From IMG/VR virus record IMGVR_UViG_3300037722_000690, positions 1-48,089 of that record: 48,089 bases of DNA. One strand, written 5' to 3'. Numbering within the stretch: the first letter of the stretch is position 1; each line of letters opens with the position of its first letter. Below are positions 25,195-35,600 of this stretch, piece by piece. The notes under the pieces were generated by a model. The model was given only the letters and a program-made list of their open reading frames with translations, did not search any database and had not been told where the DNA came from. The translations under genes and the position numbers were made by a program. This stretch comes from a virus (Duplodnaviria; Caudoviricetes).

Positions 25195-28100
25195 TTGGCT
25201 CCCTTTAATGTTCTTATTTCATTCTCAAGTGAGGTTATTCTTGAGGCCATTAATTCAATCAACTGTTTCATTTCAATATCCAGCTGGCGAACAGCTCCAT
25301 TAGTCAGATCGTTAAACGCAGATACATTACGACCAATCATCCAACCGGCACCATTGTAATCAAGTAGAAGTTCTTCAATGTCTTCAGCAGTTAGCAAATC
25401 CCCATTATCCGCCTTTAACTTCTCTCTTGCGCCGTCTTTATCCAGAAGCCAATCGGGCAGGGAATTGAGATCGAGGAAGTTTGAATTGTTCTTTGGGTCC
25501 ACTACGGCTACTTTCGTTTCTTTCTGCATAACAGGGTCAATCTTCTTTTCCATCCTTGGCTTGAACTCGGCAAGAATAGCAAGATCATCCAGCGTGTCAT
25601 TGTAGCCTCCCCCATTGTCGTGAAATGAAGTAGCGTGAACTTCTTTCCAGCGATTAGCGGTATAGCCAAGATACATAACGTTAGTGGAACGAGGGAAGAA
25701 TCCAGTCTGTTTAACAAACATCCTGGATGTACCGGCTGTTTTAATGTCAACTATGCCCGCAGTATCGCTACTATAAGAACCGCAATCCAGTATTATATCC
25801 TTTCCTGAACCAGTCGTCTTTGAGGTTATGTCATAAGCACTGTACAAATTTAAGTTTTGCCTGGCCTCTACCGTTACATCCGGCCCCATCAATCTCATTG
25901 CTATCAGCCCTGAGTATAGATAATTCGCCGTGCTTGCAAAAGTAATTTTGCCAGCATCACTAAAGGATAATGTACTATTACCTATTGCATTATTGATCGT
26001 GGTGCTGCTTGTCTTGTCAGCATCACTTGGAGGCTTGGTCCCTTGTAGGTTAGTATAATAAACGTAATTGTTATTTATTGATGTACTGCCGTAATCAGTG
26101 ACATCAGCGCCTGCTTCTATCCCCGATAACTTATTGCCGTCAGTGCTATTAAGCGTAGTTAGTGATGTCGGCCTGGAGTCTACACTGGTCCAATTTGCTG
26201 TCGTTGCCGCTGTACCTATGTCGGCGTTTACTGCCGCGGCAATGGCACCCTTGATATTTACAAGGGCAGCAAAATAATCCTCCGCTTTGGAATTGAATGT
26301 GTCTCGAACTATGTCAACAGTAACGGTCAATTGTGCGGTTTGAATCCAAAGCGGCAGCGAGGCGTCCGAAGGTGGATAAGAGGCGGGCGGAGTCCATGAG
26401 CTACCCGCGTTGAGGTATGTCCCCCATGCATCAAAAGAACTTACAAGGGTCGTGCTGCTTATGCTAAAGGTTGCGGCCTGGGCCTTAACTTCAAGGTATT
26501 CGGCAGTACGAGCAAACCACCCTTCGCGCATTGCCGTTTTTTCGTTAACCGAAAATTTGTTATCTGCAGACCACTCGCCAAGAACACCCAATGCGTTTGC
26601 AGCGTCAGCGGCAGCCTCGGTTGCAGCAAGTTTTGCTGCAACCACCTCCCCGTTAATGGCGTTTTTAATAGTGATGAGTGCCGAAAAGTACGATTCGGCT
26701 TTGGTGTTAAAGGTTGACCGGACGATATTGACTGTGACCGGAAGCTGAGCCGTTTGAATCCATAAAGGTAATGAAGCGTCCGAAGGTGGATAAGCATCAG
26801 GTGGAGTCCATGGGTTACCCGCATTTAGATAAGTCCCCCATGCATCAAATGCTGCAATAAAAGACGTTGTGCTAATACCGAAACCCTCAGCGTCTGAAAT
26901 TGTTTCAAGATACTCAGCAGTTCGAATAAACCAGCCTTCACGGAAAGCAGTCTTTTCGTTGACAGTGAATTTCCCATCAGAGGCCCATTCGTCCAAGACG
27001 GTCTTGGCATTATCAGTGTCAGCCTTAATAGCTGATATAGTGTTGTTGATTTCGGTAGACAGACTTATCTTCATCGCGGTCAATGCCGCAAAGTAGACCT
27101 CAGCAACACCGACAAATTCAGACCTGACTATTTCCTGTGCTGTATCAAGATTGGCTTGCTGAATCCATGACGGCATTGTAGCATCGCTGACTGAGGTTGG
27201 TATCGTCCAAGGTGCGCCCCCGTTTAAATAGGTACCCCAGGCATCAAACGCAGATTCAAGCGGCGTTATTGCTATACCTAAAGCTTCAGCCTGTGCTTTA
27301 AGACTGAGGTATTCTTCAGTTCGGACTATCCAGCCGGAATTCATTGCCGCTTTTTCGACAGGGGAGAAGTAACCGTCAACCGCCCATTCGTCGATGTTGG
27401 CCAAAGCGTCTGCGGCATCGGCTAGAGCTTGTTCGGCGGCGGCTTGCGCGGTTATTATCCTCTCGTAAGTGTCAACTGCGACGGCATATTTTAAATTGAT
27501 AAGAGCGGTAAAATAATCCTCGGCCTTCTGATTAAAGGTCTCTCGGTCTATATCAACCGTGATTGGCAGTTGTGCTGTTTGTATCCAAAGAGGTAAGCCG
27601 ATATCAAGTGGCGGATATGTAGCCGGTGGTGTCCAATCCGCACCACCGTTAAGATATGTTCCCCAAGCATCGAAAGTTGTTGACAAAGCTGTAATTAAAG
27701 CCGGATCGACCTCAAAGGTCTCTGCTTGTGCCTTCAGACTAAGAAATTCTTCAGTCCTTATGAGCCACCCTTCTCGCATGGCCGTCTTTTCGAGAACAGT
27801 GAACTTGCCATCTGAGGCCCATTCGTCGAGGAAACCTTTCGCAGTTGCCGCATCCAGCTCTGCCTGCTCTAAAACCGTTTTCGGTTCAAGGTCCGCGAAA
27901 TTGATATTCAGCTCGAAATCCGCCCAGGTGAGCCATTCAGAATAAATACCGATGCCTACTGCGCGAACCCTAATATTGTAAATACCTTCCCCGGCGTCCT
28001 TCCAGTCAATAGTTGTGTCCGTTGTTTGCCCTGAAGATCTGGCGCCCAAGGAACTGATCATGCTGTACTCATACATGAGCGTTCGTGGATCAGTCGAAGC

Positions 28101-30149
28101 AGTCCACGATACATTTAGTGCCCGCATTCGGACTGCATTGTCTCCGATGGTATAGGTGTAGCCAACAACGTTGATGTTTGTCGGAGGCAGTAACAGATTA
28201 GGAAGAAGAGCGGTGTATATGGGAGGATCTGTTATAATGCCATACTCAACCCTTGCCCATTTGTCGGGGTCGTACTGGATGCCAGTGACATTGTAAAATC
28301 CATCTTCCTCTGTAGCGGTCAGGAGGACAAAGGGGCGCGCCCTTAAATTTGATGCAGACACAACCAGCACAGCCCCAACGAACGAATATTCATGCTCTGC
28401 AAGCGGCACAGACCAAGTCAGAGTGTCACTTGGCTCGGTATTGACTATTAGTTCACGCTCAACACCGCCGCCCTTTTCGGTCTGCAAAAACATCGTGTAT
28501 GTTTGTGCCGGGTCCATTGCCGGCAGCTCTTTATCGAGTACCAGAGACGTTGTTGTGCCCGACTTAACCCGGCCCTCCATGGTAACAGCTGCATAGTTCG
28601 GGTCCTGGATCTGCATCAACTCGCCGGGTACTGCGTCAGCCCACTCCAAACCACCGGTAAACGAGACAGTTTCTCTCGCATTTACATCAGTATCAAGGGC
28701 GTACTTACCTTTGCGGATTGCTTCGGTTTTCGAGTAACACCCGATTGCGGCAAACTCAAACTCGTTGTATCCAAACTCAGTGATAGCTTGATCATCAACA
28801 AGTTCAATAACATCCAGCTTGCCAAGCAAGTCGGGATTGTTGTAAGACACCTTTACGACAGTGTGCCGGTTTCTTCTGGGAATTCCCGTATACTGAAAAC
28901 CATCTTCAGAAACATTTGAAATACTTACCGGGCGGGATGGTGTTGTGATTGGCCGATCCTGAACGAAAGAAACTTGTCCGGCAACCCATATCAGGAAGGC
29001 GTTCATTGCCCCGCAAACATGAGCTACCGATTCCAGACCTTGATTTCTTGCTTGCAATACTCCGTTAAAAGAAAACCTCGGCTCAGTTTCTCCGCTAGAT
29101 TGCGTATATGATCCATCCGCCTGTCTGACGTTCGCGATCTTCGGAACATGAGCGTCATTGTACTGAGCACATGAGTAAAGCGCCCACTTGTCAACCATAT
29201 CCTCGGTGATGATATGCCCCAGCCCCACAATCGGATCTGTCAACAGATCATAAACTATCCAGGCAGGGTTATTTGTAACACCAATGACAAAGCTACCGTC
29301 CCAATCTCCGGAGTAAGTTCGCGCAATTGGGTCGTAGTTCGATGGTATTTTGATCTTTCTGCCGTTCAGCCGCCACGCTCTTGACGGGGTAGCGTCGCCG
29401 AACTGTTTGGCGCTGAAAGTGGAGGCAACCACGGCCCTGTCACAGTAATTTAATTTAGAATCAATAACGGAGGTGTAGCTGTACCAGGAAAAGGCGCTGA
29501 CGTATGTTACCAGATTGCTGTCAGGGGAAAACCGTTCGACTTCGATTACCCACGGCGCTTGGCCGTATTGGATTAAATTTTTTATGGTGAACTGCAGCCT
29601 CGTTTCAGAGGTACATTTATCACTGACAATACCCTCGTCTAACGGGCTTATTACCTGGTATTTGTAAGCACTCCCGTTTTCGGATGTGACGTACACCGCG
29701 AACTGAAAAGCAGCGGCGGCTATCTCGCCATCGTCTTTTTGGTGCATTAGCGCCGGGATTGACAACGTGATCTTACAGTGGTCAACGTTCGGATCAGTTA
29801 TTGTCCGGACAATAGGTTGCTCGTGAAGCACCTGTGTTGTCACAAGCACAGTGTTCTCAATGGTATTAAAGCCTTCGATGTAACCCTGATTTGAAGACCC
29901 AGGCCGAAACTCCAAAGAAATCCCCTTAAAATTCGCTGAACCGTCAGGATTGTGAACGGGGATATCATTGAAGAAGGTTGATTTGTAGATATCACCATCT
30001 ACCGCAGGCCCGCCGATTTCCCCTTCACCAATAAGGTCAACGATTTTTGCGATAGTGTTCGTTTGCAAGGTGTTTTCCTGCTCGATACCTTTGCTAGAGC
30101 TCCCACCGCCACTATCCCCTCGACCTATCAGTATTTTACCGGTGCTCAT
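25191..30149 (-). CDS. Central tail fibre / tip attachment protein (lambda J-like)
   Basis: DLIGEGEIGG, IPSNYDP..RTYSG.WDGSF, NNPAWIVYDLLT and EPRFSFNG motifs; FN3-like segment; follows I-, K-, L- and M-like genes. Confidence 0.93.
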   Translation of the reverse strand: MSTGKILIGRGDSGGGSSSKGIEQENTLQTNTIAKIVDLIGEGEIGGPAVDGDIYKSTFFNDIPVHNPDGSANFKGISLEFRPGSSNQGYIEGFNTIENTVLVTTQVLHEQPIVRTITDPNVDHCKITLSIPALMHQKDDGEIAAAAFQFAVYVTSENGSAYKYQVISPLDEGIVSDKCTSETRLQFTIKNLIQYGQAPWVIEVERFSPDSNLVTYVSAFSWYSYTSVIDSKLNYCDRAVVASTFSAKQFGDATPSRAWRLNGRKIKIPSNYDPIARTYSGDWDGSFVIGVTNNPAWIVYDLLTDPIVGLGHIITEDMVDKWALYSCAQYNDAHVPKIANVRQADGSYTQSSGETEPRFSFNGVLQARNQGLESVAHVCGAMNAFLIWVAGQVSFVQDRPITTPSRPVSISNVSEDGFQYTGIPRRNRHTVVKVSYNNPDLLGKLDVIELVDDQAITEFGYNEFEFAAIGCYSKTEAIRKGKYALDTDVNARETVSFTGGLEWADAVPGELMQIQDPNYAAVTMEGRVKSGTTTSLVLDKELPAMDPAQTYTMFLQTEKGGGVERELIVNTEPSDTLTWSVPLAEHEYSFVGAVLVVSASNLRARPFVLLTATEEDGFYNVTGIQYDPDKWARVEYGIITDPPIYTALLPNLLLPPTNINVVGYTYTIGDNAVRMRALNVSWTASTDPRTLMYEYSMISSLGARSSGQTTDTTIDWKDAGEGIYNIRVRAVGIGIYSEWLTWADFELNINFADLEPKTVLEQAELDAATAKGFLDEWASDGKFTVLEKTAMREGWLIRTEEFLSLKAQAETFEVDPALITALSTTFDAWGTYLNGGADWTPPATYPPLDIGLPLWIQTAQLPITVDIDRETFNQKAEDYFTALINLKYAVAVDTYERIITAQAAAEQALADAADALANIDEWAVDGYFSPVEKAAMNSGWIVRTEEYLSLKAQAEALGIAITPLESAFDAWGTYLNGGAPWTIPTSVSDATMPSWIQQANLDTAQEIVRSEFVGVAEVYFAALTAMKISLSTEINNTISAIKADTDNAKTVLDEWASDGKFTVNEKTAFREGWFIRTAEYLETISDAEGFGISTTSFIAAFDAWGTYLNAGNPWTPPDAYPPSDASLPLWIQTAQLPVTVNIVRSTFNTKAESYFSALITIKNAINGEVVAAKLAATEAAADAANALGVLGEWSADNKFSVNEKTAMREGWFARTAEYLEVKAQAATFSISSTTLVSSFDAWGTYLNAGSSWTPPASYPPSDASLPLWIQTAQLTVTVDIVRDTFNSKAEDYFAALVNIKGAIAAAVNADIGTAATTANWTSVDSRPTSLTTLNSTDGNKLSGIEAGADVTDYGSTSINNNYVYYTNLQGTKPPSDADKTSSTTINNAIGNSTLSFSDAGKITFASTANYLYSGLIAMRLMGPDVTVEARQNLNLYSAYDITSKTTGSGKDIILDCGSYSSDTAGIVDIKTAGTSRMFVKQTGFFPRSTNVMYLGYTANRWKEVHATSFHDNGGGYNDTLDDLAILAEFKPRMEKKIDPVMQKETKVAVVDPKNNSNFLDLNSLPDWLLDKDGAREKLKADNGDLLTAEDIEELLLDYNGAGWMIGRNVSAFNDLTNGAVRQLDIEMKQLIELMASRITSLENEIRTLKGAK
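26250..27850 (-). repeat. Four degenerate ~135-145 aa repeats inside the J-like protein
   Basis: (D/G)EW..D.KF...EK.A..EGW..RT.EYL...FDAWGTYLN.G..W occurs four times; boundaries approximate. Confidence 0.9.
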
Positions 30150-30733
30150 TCGACAATCCTTTCAACTGTCAAACCACCGGAAACAAAGACCGAACCTACA
30201 TACACATCAAAACCGTAAATGAGGGGGACCGCAGAACCGGCAGCGGCCCTATTTGTCGGCCCATCGAATATGTAGGATGCTTTTTTGTCTGCGCCTTCAC
30301 CGCCGCCGCCCATTTTGGGGACGGGAGACAGTAGAGAGACAACGCCGGAAAGCACCAGACTAGCACCCATAGCACCCATATAGCCAGCATTAGCCCCTAG
30401 CCACCCCCAACCAGCGGCGCCGCCGATATACCAACTGGCGGCAATCAAAACTACGCCTATAAGTATCCTCACCGCTCCGCTGTACCCGATAGGCATAGGC
30501 AAAACATGCCAGGTTGTATCGGCAAACCGCATCTCTATTTCTTCTTCCGGCACGTCCACGGCTTTTTTAAATTCCGATCCACGGCGAATGTGATACTTTC
30601 TGTCCTTCTGAATATGCCCCCTGAACCCTGGCCGAAGCGCCTCGGCAGCCTTCATAAGCTCCGGCACCGATTTCACTTCAGCGTTTATGTATTTCCCGAA
30701 TTTCTTCCGGAGATTTCCGTATAAAATTATCAT
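30146..30733 (-). CDS. Tail assembly protein (lambda I-like)
   Basis: LYGNLRKKFG start, hydrophobic middle, SYIFDGPTN...GSAVPLIYG...VGS. Confidence 0.9.
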   Translation of the reverse strand: MIILYGNLRKKFGKYINAEVKSVPELMKAAEALRPGFRGHIQKDRKYHIRRGSEFKKAVDVPEEEIEMRFADTTWHVLPMPIGYSGAVRILIGVVLIAASWYIGGAAGWGWLGANAGYMGAMGASLVLSGVVSLLSPVPKMGGGGEGADKKASYIFDGPTNRAAAGSAVPLIYGFDVYVGSVFVSGGLTVERIVE

Positions 30734-31455
30734 AGCCTAATGACCTTCCTGATATACTTCTTCTGAAAATTCAGAGGATATTCACCGCTGACCCGGTTTA
30801 AAAAATGGTGCAGCACAAGGCTTTCACCGCTCACGACCGCAATGTGGTTGATATTTTTGGTCCCTCCGACAGCGTAAAACAACAAATCCCCAACCTCTAT
30901 GTTGCCGATATCGACTGAATGGTATTTTATGTCAGTCTCGCGTAACTCTTTTTCGAACATATCGTCAGTTAACCAGAACTCGAAATCGTGTGGACGTCTT
31001 GGCAGTTCTATTTGCCTGTTGAACATGACGTAATCTTTAACCAGTGACACACAGTCGAACACACCATAGAACCACGGCCTGCCTATTAACGGAGCATCGG
31101 TACCAAGCAGGATGCAATCCATCACTGATTGGTTTTTCAGGTTTATAATGAGGGAGGGAATATCCAGCTCGATCTGTTGCTCCTGATCCGCTTTCGATGC
31201 CAAAGGGAAATCGTTATGGCTATGAACCATGCACTCAATATCATCGTTCATGTAATGGTGAAACCACCGGGGATCTTTTATTTCCGCCGTGGTTAATGGA
31301 TCGTCAGATTCATTTTCAAAACGCAGATATTGACCGTTGGCAATGGCCCCGCAGCTTTCTTCCGGCCAAGCGTCCCGCGCGTGTTGCTTTGCATGTTCGA
31401 CGGCCACAAGATCAAGATTTCCGATAAACTGATTAGGGTTGTAAGAAAATATCAC
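30730..31455 (-). CDS. Tail tip protein K (JAB plus NlpC/P60)
   Basis: PEESCG and HSHN...S..D (JAB); DCVSLVKDY...NHIAV...LHH (NlpC/P60). Confidence 0.9.
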   Translation of the reverse strand: MIFSYNPNQFIGNLDLVAVEHAKQHARDAWPEESCGAIANGQYLRFENESDDPLTTAEIKDPRWFHHYMNDDIECMVHSHNDFPLASKADQEQQIELDIPSLIINLKNQSVMDCILLGTDAPLIGRPWFYGVFDCVSLVKDYVMFNRQIELPRRPHDFEFWLTDDMFEKELRETDIKYHSVDIGNIEVGDLLFYAVGGTKNINHIAVVSGESLVLHHFLNRVSGEYPLNFQKKYIRKVIRL

Positions 31456-32270
31456 AGGTAAGCCCTCCCAATCTGCCCGATCATCGGGAAACCCTTGAAT
31501 GGTAAAACGTCAGTAGCAAGCGAAAACCGCAACTCGCAGTCAGAGAGTTTTTTGCCACATTTATCTAAATCGGCAGTCGTTGCTTCGCCGCTTGAATTAA
31601 AACACCCTGCCCCTACATACGGACAGGTTGCTGTGGTATAGTTAAAACCACCATCCTTAAATAGTCGGTATCTGTGCGAACAATAACTTGTCGTCTGCAG
31701 TCGTGGCAGCATCGTGTTGCCGATATCAAGAGGCGATACCAGTTCAAATTCGATCATGTATTTGTTCTGAGTAATCTTCTGCTCAATGAAAAAGACGTCG
31801 GCAGGGAACTGGGCGTTAGCATCGGCCTCGCTATGACCGTCGATGTATTTTTGAAACGTCCTGATCCGCGTTACCTTTGATCCCACAGCATCATTATGAG
31901 CGTTGAGTAGGCCCACAAAGGTGAGGCCGACATTGGCAACTTTGAGTCTCGGACGAGGCAACCTACCATCACCGATAACCTCCATGCCCGTCACTTCAAG
32001 AGGTAACGGTAGATAGTCCCTGCCGTTAAACCTGACAGGAAGGGTGCCTGAAGTGGACCAGAATGGGGAATCAGGGTCAAATGTCGTATCCAAACCATCG
32101 TCAGCCGTGTACGAGTCGGAAGGTGCAACTGCGGTTGGCTCTTCTGTCATCGGGGTGATGTAGTAAATAGAACCACCGATAAACGTTGTATCAATTGACC
32201 ATAAGTCGACCAGTGCAGACCCGACATCAAGTCGCTGAATGTCTGATTTAATTTTCTCGTTTGTAGCCAT
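31452..32270 (-). CDS. Minor tail protein L (Fe-S cysteine motif)
   Basis: RLPRPRLKVAN, RIRTFQKYID and C...C...DKCGKKLSDC...FKGFP motifs. Likely start ATG 32270 (MATNEK) overlapping the M stop. Confidence 0.9.
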   Translation of the reverse strand: MATNEKIKSDIQRLDVGSALVDLWSIDTTFIGGSIYYITPMTEEPTAVAPSDSYTADDGLDTTFDPDSPFWSTSGTLPVRFNGRDYLPLPLEVTGMEVIGDGRLPRPRLKVANVGLTFVGLLNAHNDAVGSKVTRIRTFQKYIDGHSEADANAQFPADVFFIEQKITQNKYMIEFELVSPLDIGNTMLPRLQTTSYCSHRYRLFKDGGFNYTTATCPYVGAGCFNSSGEATTADLDKCGKKLSDCELRFSLATDVLPFKGFPMIGQIGRAYL

Positions 32271-32611
32271 CAGACAAGCCCTGCCCACTCTTGGAATGTT
32301 GCTGTTATTCTGGACATATTTCCGGAGATCGGAGCCAACTGCCACTTCCGGCATTTATATTGCTTCAACGGGCCCCAACCTTTACAGAAAGCCCAATTGA
32401 AATAAGTCGCATAATTCCTTGTGAGAAAATCGTCAATCGCTTCTATATCCGGATCTGGAAACTCGAAGGTTACACTCCATTCCGGCTGGATCGCGTTTAT
32501 TCCGTCCGGGTAATCCTGTTCGTAGCCGTTTCCGAATTTGATAGACTTCATCCTCGGCTCAACGCTTTTCGTTACCTGGTAAGACGGTTGATACGTCAGT
32601 GTTTCAGCCAT
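32270..32611 (-). CDS. Minor tail protein M
   Basis: FGNGYEQ..PDGIN...W...F...IDDFL...ATFQE. Confidence 0.9.
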   Translation of the reverse strand: MAETLTYQPSYQVTKSVEPRMKSIKFGNGYEQDYPDGINAIQPEWSVTFEFPDPDIEAIDDFLTRNYATYFNWAFCKGWGPLKQYKCRKWQLAPISGNMSRITATFQEWAGLV

Positions 32612-35600
32612 ACAAAACCCCGCCGTAACGCGTCTGCTGTGATATGATATCCACCACTTCTCTCTTTATAGCCATGGCTATTTTATTCGACAGGCCTGTT
32701 TTGTCTTGGTCCGTTCCTCCAGCCCCGCTTTGAACAGTAATGTGGTTGGTTACATTTACGCCGCCTGTCGCGCTTGCGTTGTTCCGCATTTGGACTGGGG
32801 TAGTTACTGCTTGGGTCGGCACAAGACCACCATCAGCGAATTTAGGTACGCGGGAACTTTTAGGTGGCTGAACGGTATTTCTTAACATCTCCAGAAAATC
32901 CTTGGGGATGAGCTTCTGCCTAAAGGCTTCAAATACATCAGCGCCATAATGTTCCACAACATCTACCGGTTCGACGAACTCTTTGGCTGTGGCCATTATC
33001 GGGATGTTGTCCGCTTTCTTATGCGGGGAGTGGCCGCCGATTAAGCCGCCCTCAGCTCTACCACCCCAATTCATACCGGAAGCACTATAGAGGCCGGCAC
33101 CGGATGAAGGGACAGTGGACCCGAACATGGAGCCCACCATTGAGCCTATTCCTTCTATGGCCCCCATCAGTGCCATCTTCAGATAGATCTTGGCGAGGTC
33201 TTTAAGTACGCTACGGGTTAATTCCGAGAAGGCTTCCTTGGCAGTCTTTGTCCTATCCGCAACATCCAACAACCCGTCGGCAACCCCATCAGTCAGGGCG
33301 TCACCAACTACATAGGCTGCTTCCTGCATGGACTCGCCCGCGGACTGCATATCTTTTTTCCAATTCTCCCAACCATACTTGAAGGCTGCGAACATATCGT
33401 CGGTCGCCGCCATCATCCGGGCTCTACCTTCTTCATAGTAGATTACACCCTTGTTCATTGCCTCCCGGACGGTGTCGATGTATTGCTGGGCAGAAATTTC
33501 CCCACGTCGCCAGGCGTCCTCTTCCAACTGCATACGTTCAGCCAAGATAGCTCGGGAGAAATCCAAGGCTTCTACTTCTTTTTCGTTTATAGCGTCCTGC
33601 AGCCTGAGCTTTGCCGCCAGTACTTCAGAATCATTGGCACTGTTCATGCCGCTGATCTTATCAAACTTCTCCTGCGCTTTAGCTATCTCTAGGTCAGCCA
33701 ACTGCATACTCAGTTCGTGGGCCTGCTTCATGTTGTTGAGTTCGGTGTCACGACCTGGGACAGCTACATCAGTACCGACCTTTTCAAGCTGGTGCTGCAG
33801 GTCCAAGGCTTTCTCCGCATCCGTTAAATCCTTTATGGCTTGGATTTCTTTACGGACACTCTCCACATTCTCATTCGACAACTGGGCCTTCTTGATCATC
33901 AAGTTATTGAGCGTGGCTACGTAGGATTCGTTTTCCCCATACTTGTTGTGAAGCTCGGTGTATTTCTCGATAAGGTCGTCGATCGTGTCCATCTCTTCCT
34001 TCTGGATCGCGACCCTGGCTGCGCCTTTAGAAATTTCCTCGTTGGCTTCCTGGGTTTTTATCTGCTGAATCCGTAACTCGGAAGAGCGCGCAAACATTTT
34101 CGTTGCTATTGCATCAGCCTTTTCTCTCTCGGTGGTAAGCCGTTTGATACCCGCGATCTCTGCACCTAAGTATTTCTGGGTGGCATCTTGCGCTCTCTTA
34201 TGGGCGGCTACCAGTGCTTCAGGATCTACTCCAGACTCTTTCTCCAGCGCTGCGTGGTGAGAGATCGCCAGATCCATTATCTGCTTATACGTTTCCTTGG
34301 TTTTATTTATTTTAATTTGAGCATACTTCTCGTCGCTCAAGCTGCCTGCAGCATTGGCTTTCTCCAACTGCAATAATCCCATAGCCAAGGCTGTTTCCTG
34401 CTCTTCCTTGTATTCCTGGAACTCCTGTTTAACAGTCTCTGGATCAAGAGAAATCTTGACAGGTTTTCTGCCTAAAAGATCATCTTTCTTTTTGGCGAAG
34501 TTGGCGGCAGCGTCCAGAGCAACTTTCAAGTCCGCCTTCATTTTCTCTACTAAGCCATCTGTAAAACTAGAGGGCATGACGTTGTTACCAAACAGCTGCC
34601 GAGCGGAATCCATATGCTCAAGCCCTTTAGTAAAGGAGTTGACTATCTCCTCATCCGTCATCTGCCTAAGCTTACCGTCTCTGATATAGTCCTGAATGTA
34701 TTTGGCCTGCTCCGCAGAGAAATCCTTCTGTACACCGGCTACAACCTCTTCAGACTGAATGGCCTTGCGAAGGCTGCCGTCGTAAGACAACATTCTTTTA
34801 GACAAGTCTTCTATTGCCTTACCAGTATTCTCCATACCCTCAGCGGCCTTAATTTGTAACTGTCTCTCCTGTTCCCTGTTTATGGCAGCCAGGACCTTGC
34901 GTAGTTCCTCCGCGTTTCCAGCAGCTTTCTGCAGGGCTACAGCAAAGGCTGGGTACTCTTCTATAAGTTTGTCAAGGACCTCTTTATGTTGCTCCTGGGT
35001 GGTTGTGGTATTGCTGAATACCTTCTCTGCCGCTTTAATTATAGAAATGTTATCCGTCAGCCGATCCTTGACGACACCTAATTGAACCGCAGTGTCCTTA
35101 AGGGTTTGGCTGTAAGTGGCATATTCGTATGCCAGGTAGCCGATGGCTGTCACGGCTAGAGCAATCCAGTTACCAACCACCAGTGTTCTCAATACTGATA
35201 CAGCAGCAGACAAACCGGTTACTGCGGTGGCAGCAGTAAAGGATGCAGCAGACACCGCGGCTATTCCGGCTGATATGGCAGCGAGTGCGGCCGCCACGGC
35301 AGGGCGCCCTATGAACCAACCAAAAGCCGCGATAAGTAGTTTTGCCGCACCAACAGTAATGGTTATTTGTGCTGCCAACTGAACCATTCTGTTATTGGCC
35401 AGATCAGTTATAACGTCAGCCAGCACTCTCCCGACGTTAACCAACGCCTTCAGAACACCAGTAAATCCGCCCTCACCCATGGCTATCCAGATGTTCTTGG
35501 TCTTATCCTGTAAGTTTTTGTACATCAGGCCAAGGCCCTGTAACTGGACGGCAGCCATCTCAGCGGCTGCGCCTTGGCGGGTAACCATAGAGACGAAAGA

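Noticed and set aside
17257-30149. Diversity-generating retroelement acting on fibre genes
   Set aside because: No reverse transcriptase in the window and no TR/VR pair differing only at adenines was seen; the J repeats differ at all base types.
32271-32354. N-terminal extension of L in the ORF track
   Set aside because: Overlaps gene M; ATG 32270 coupled to the M stop is the more plausible start.
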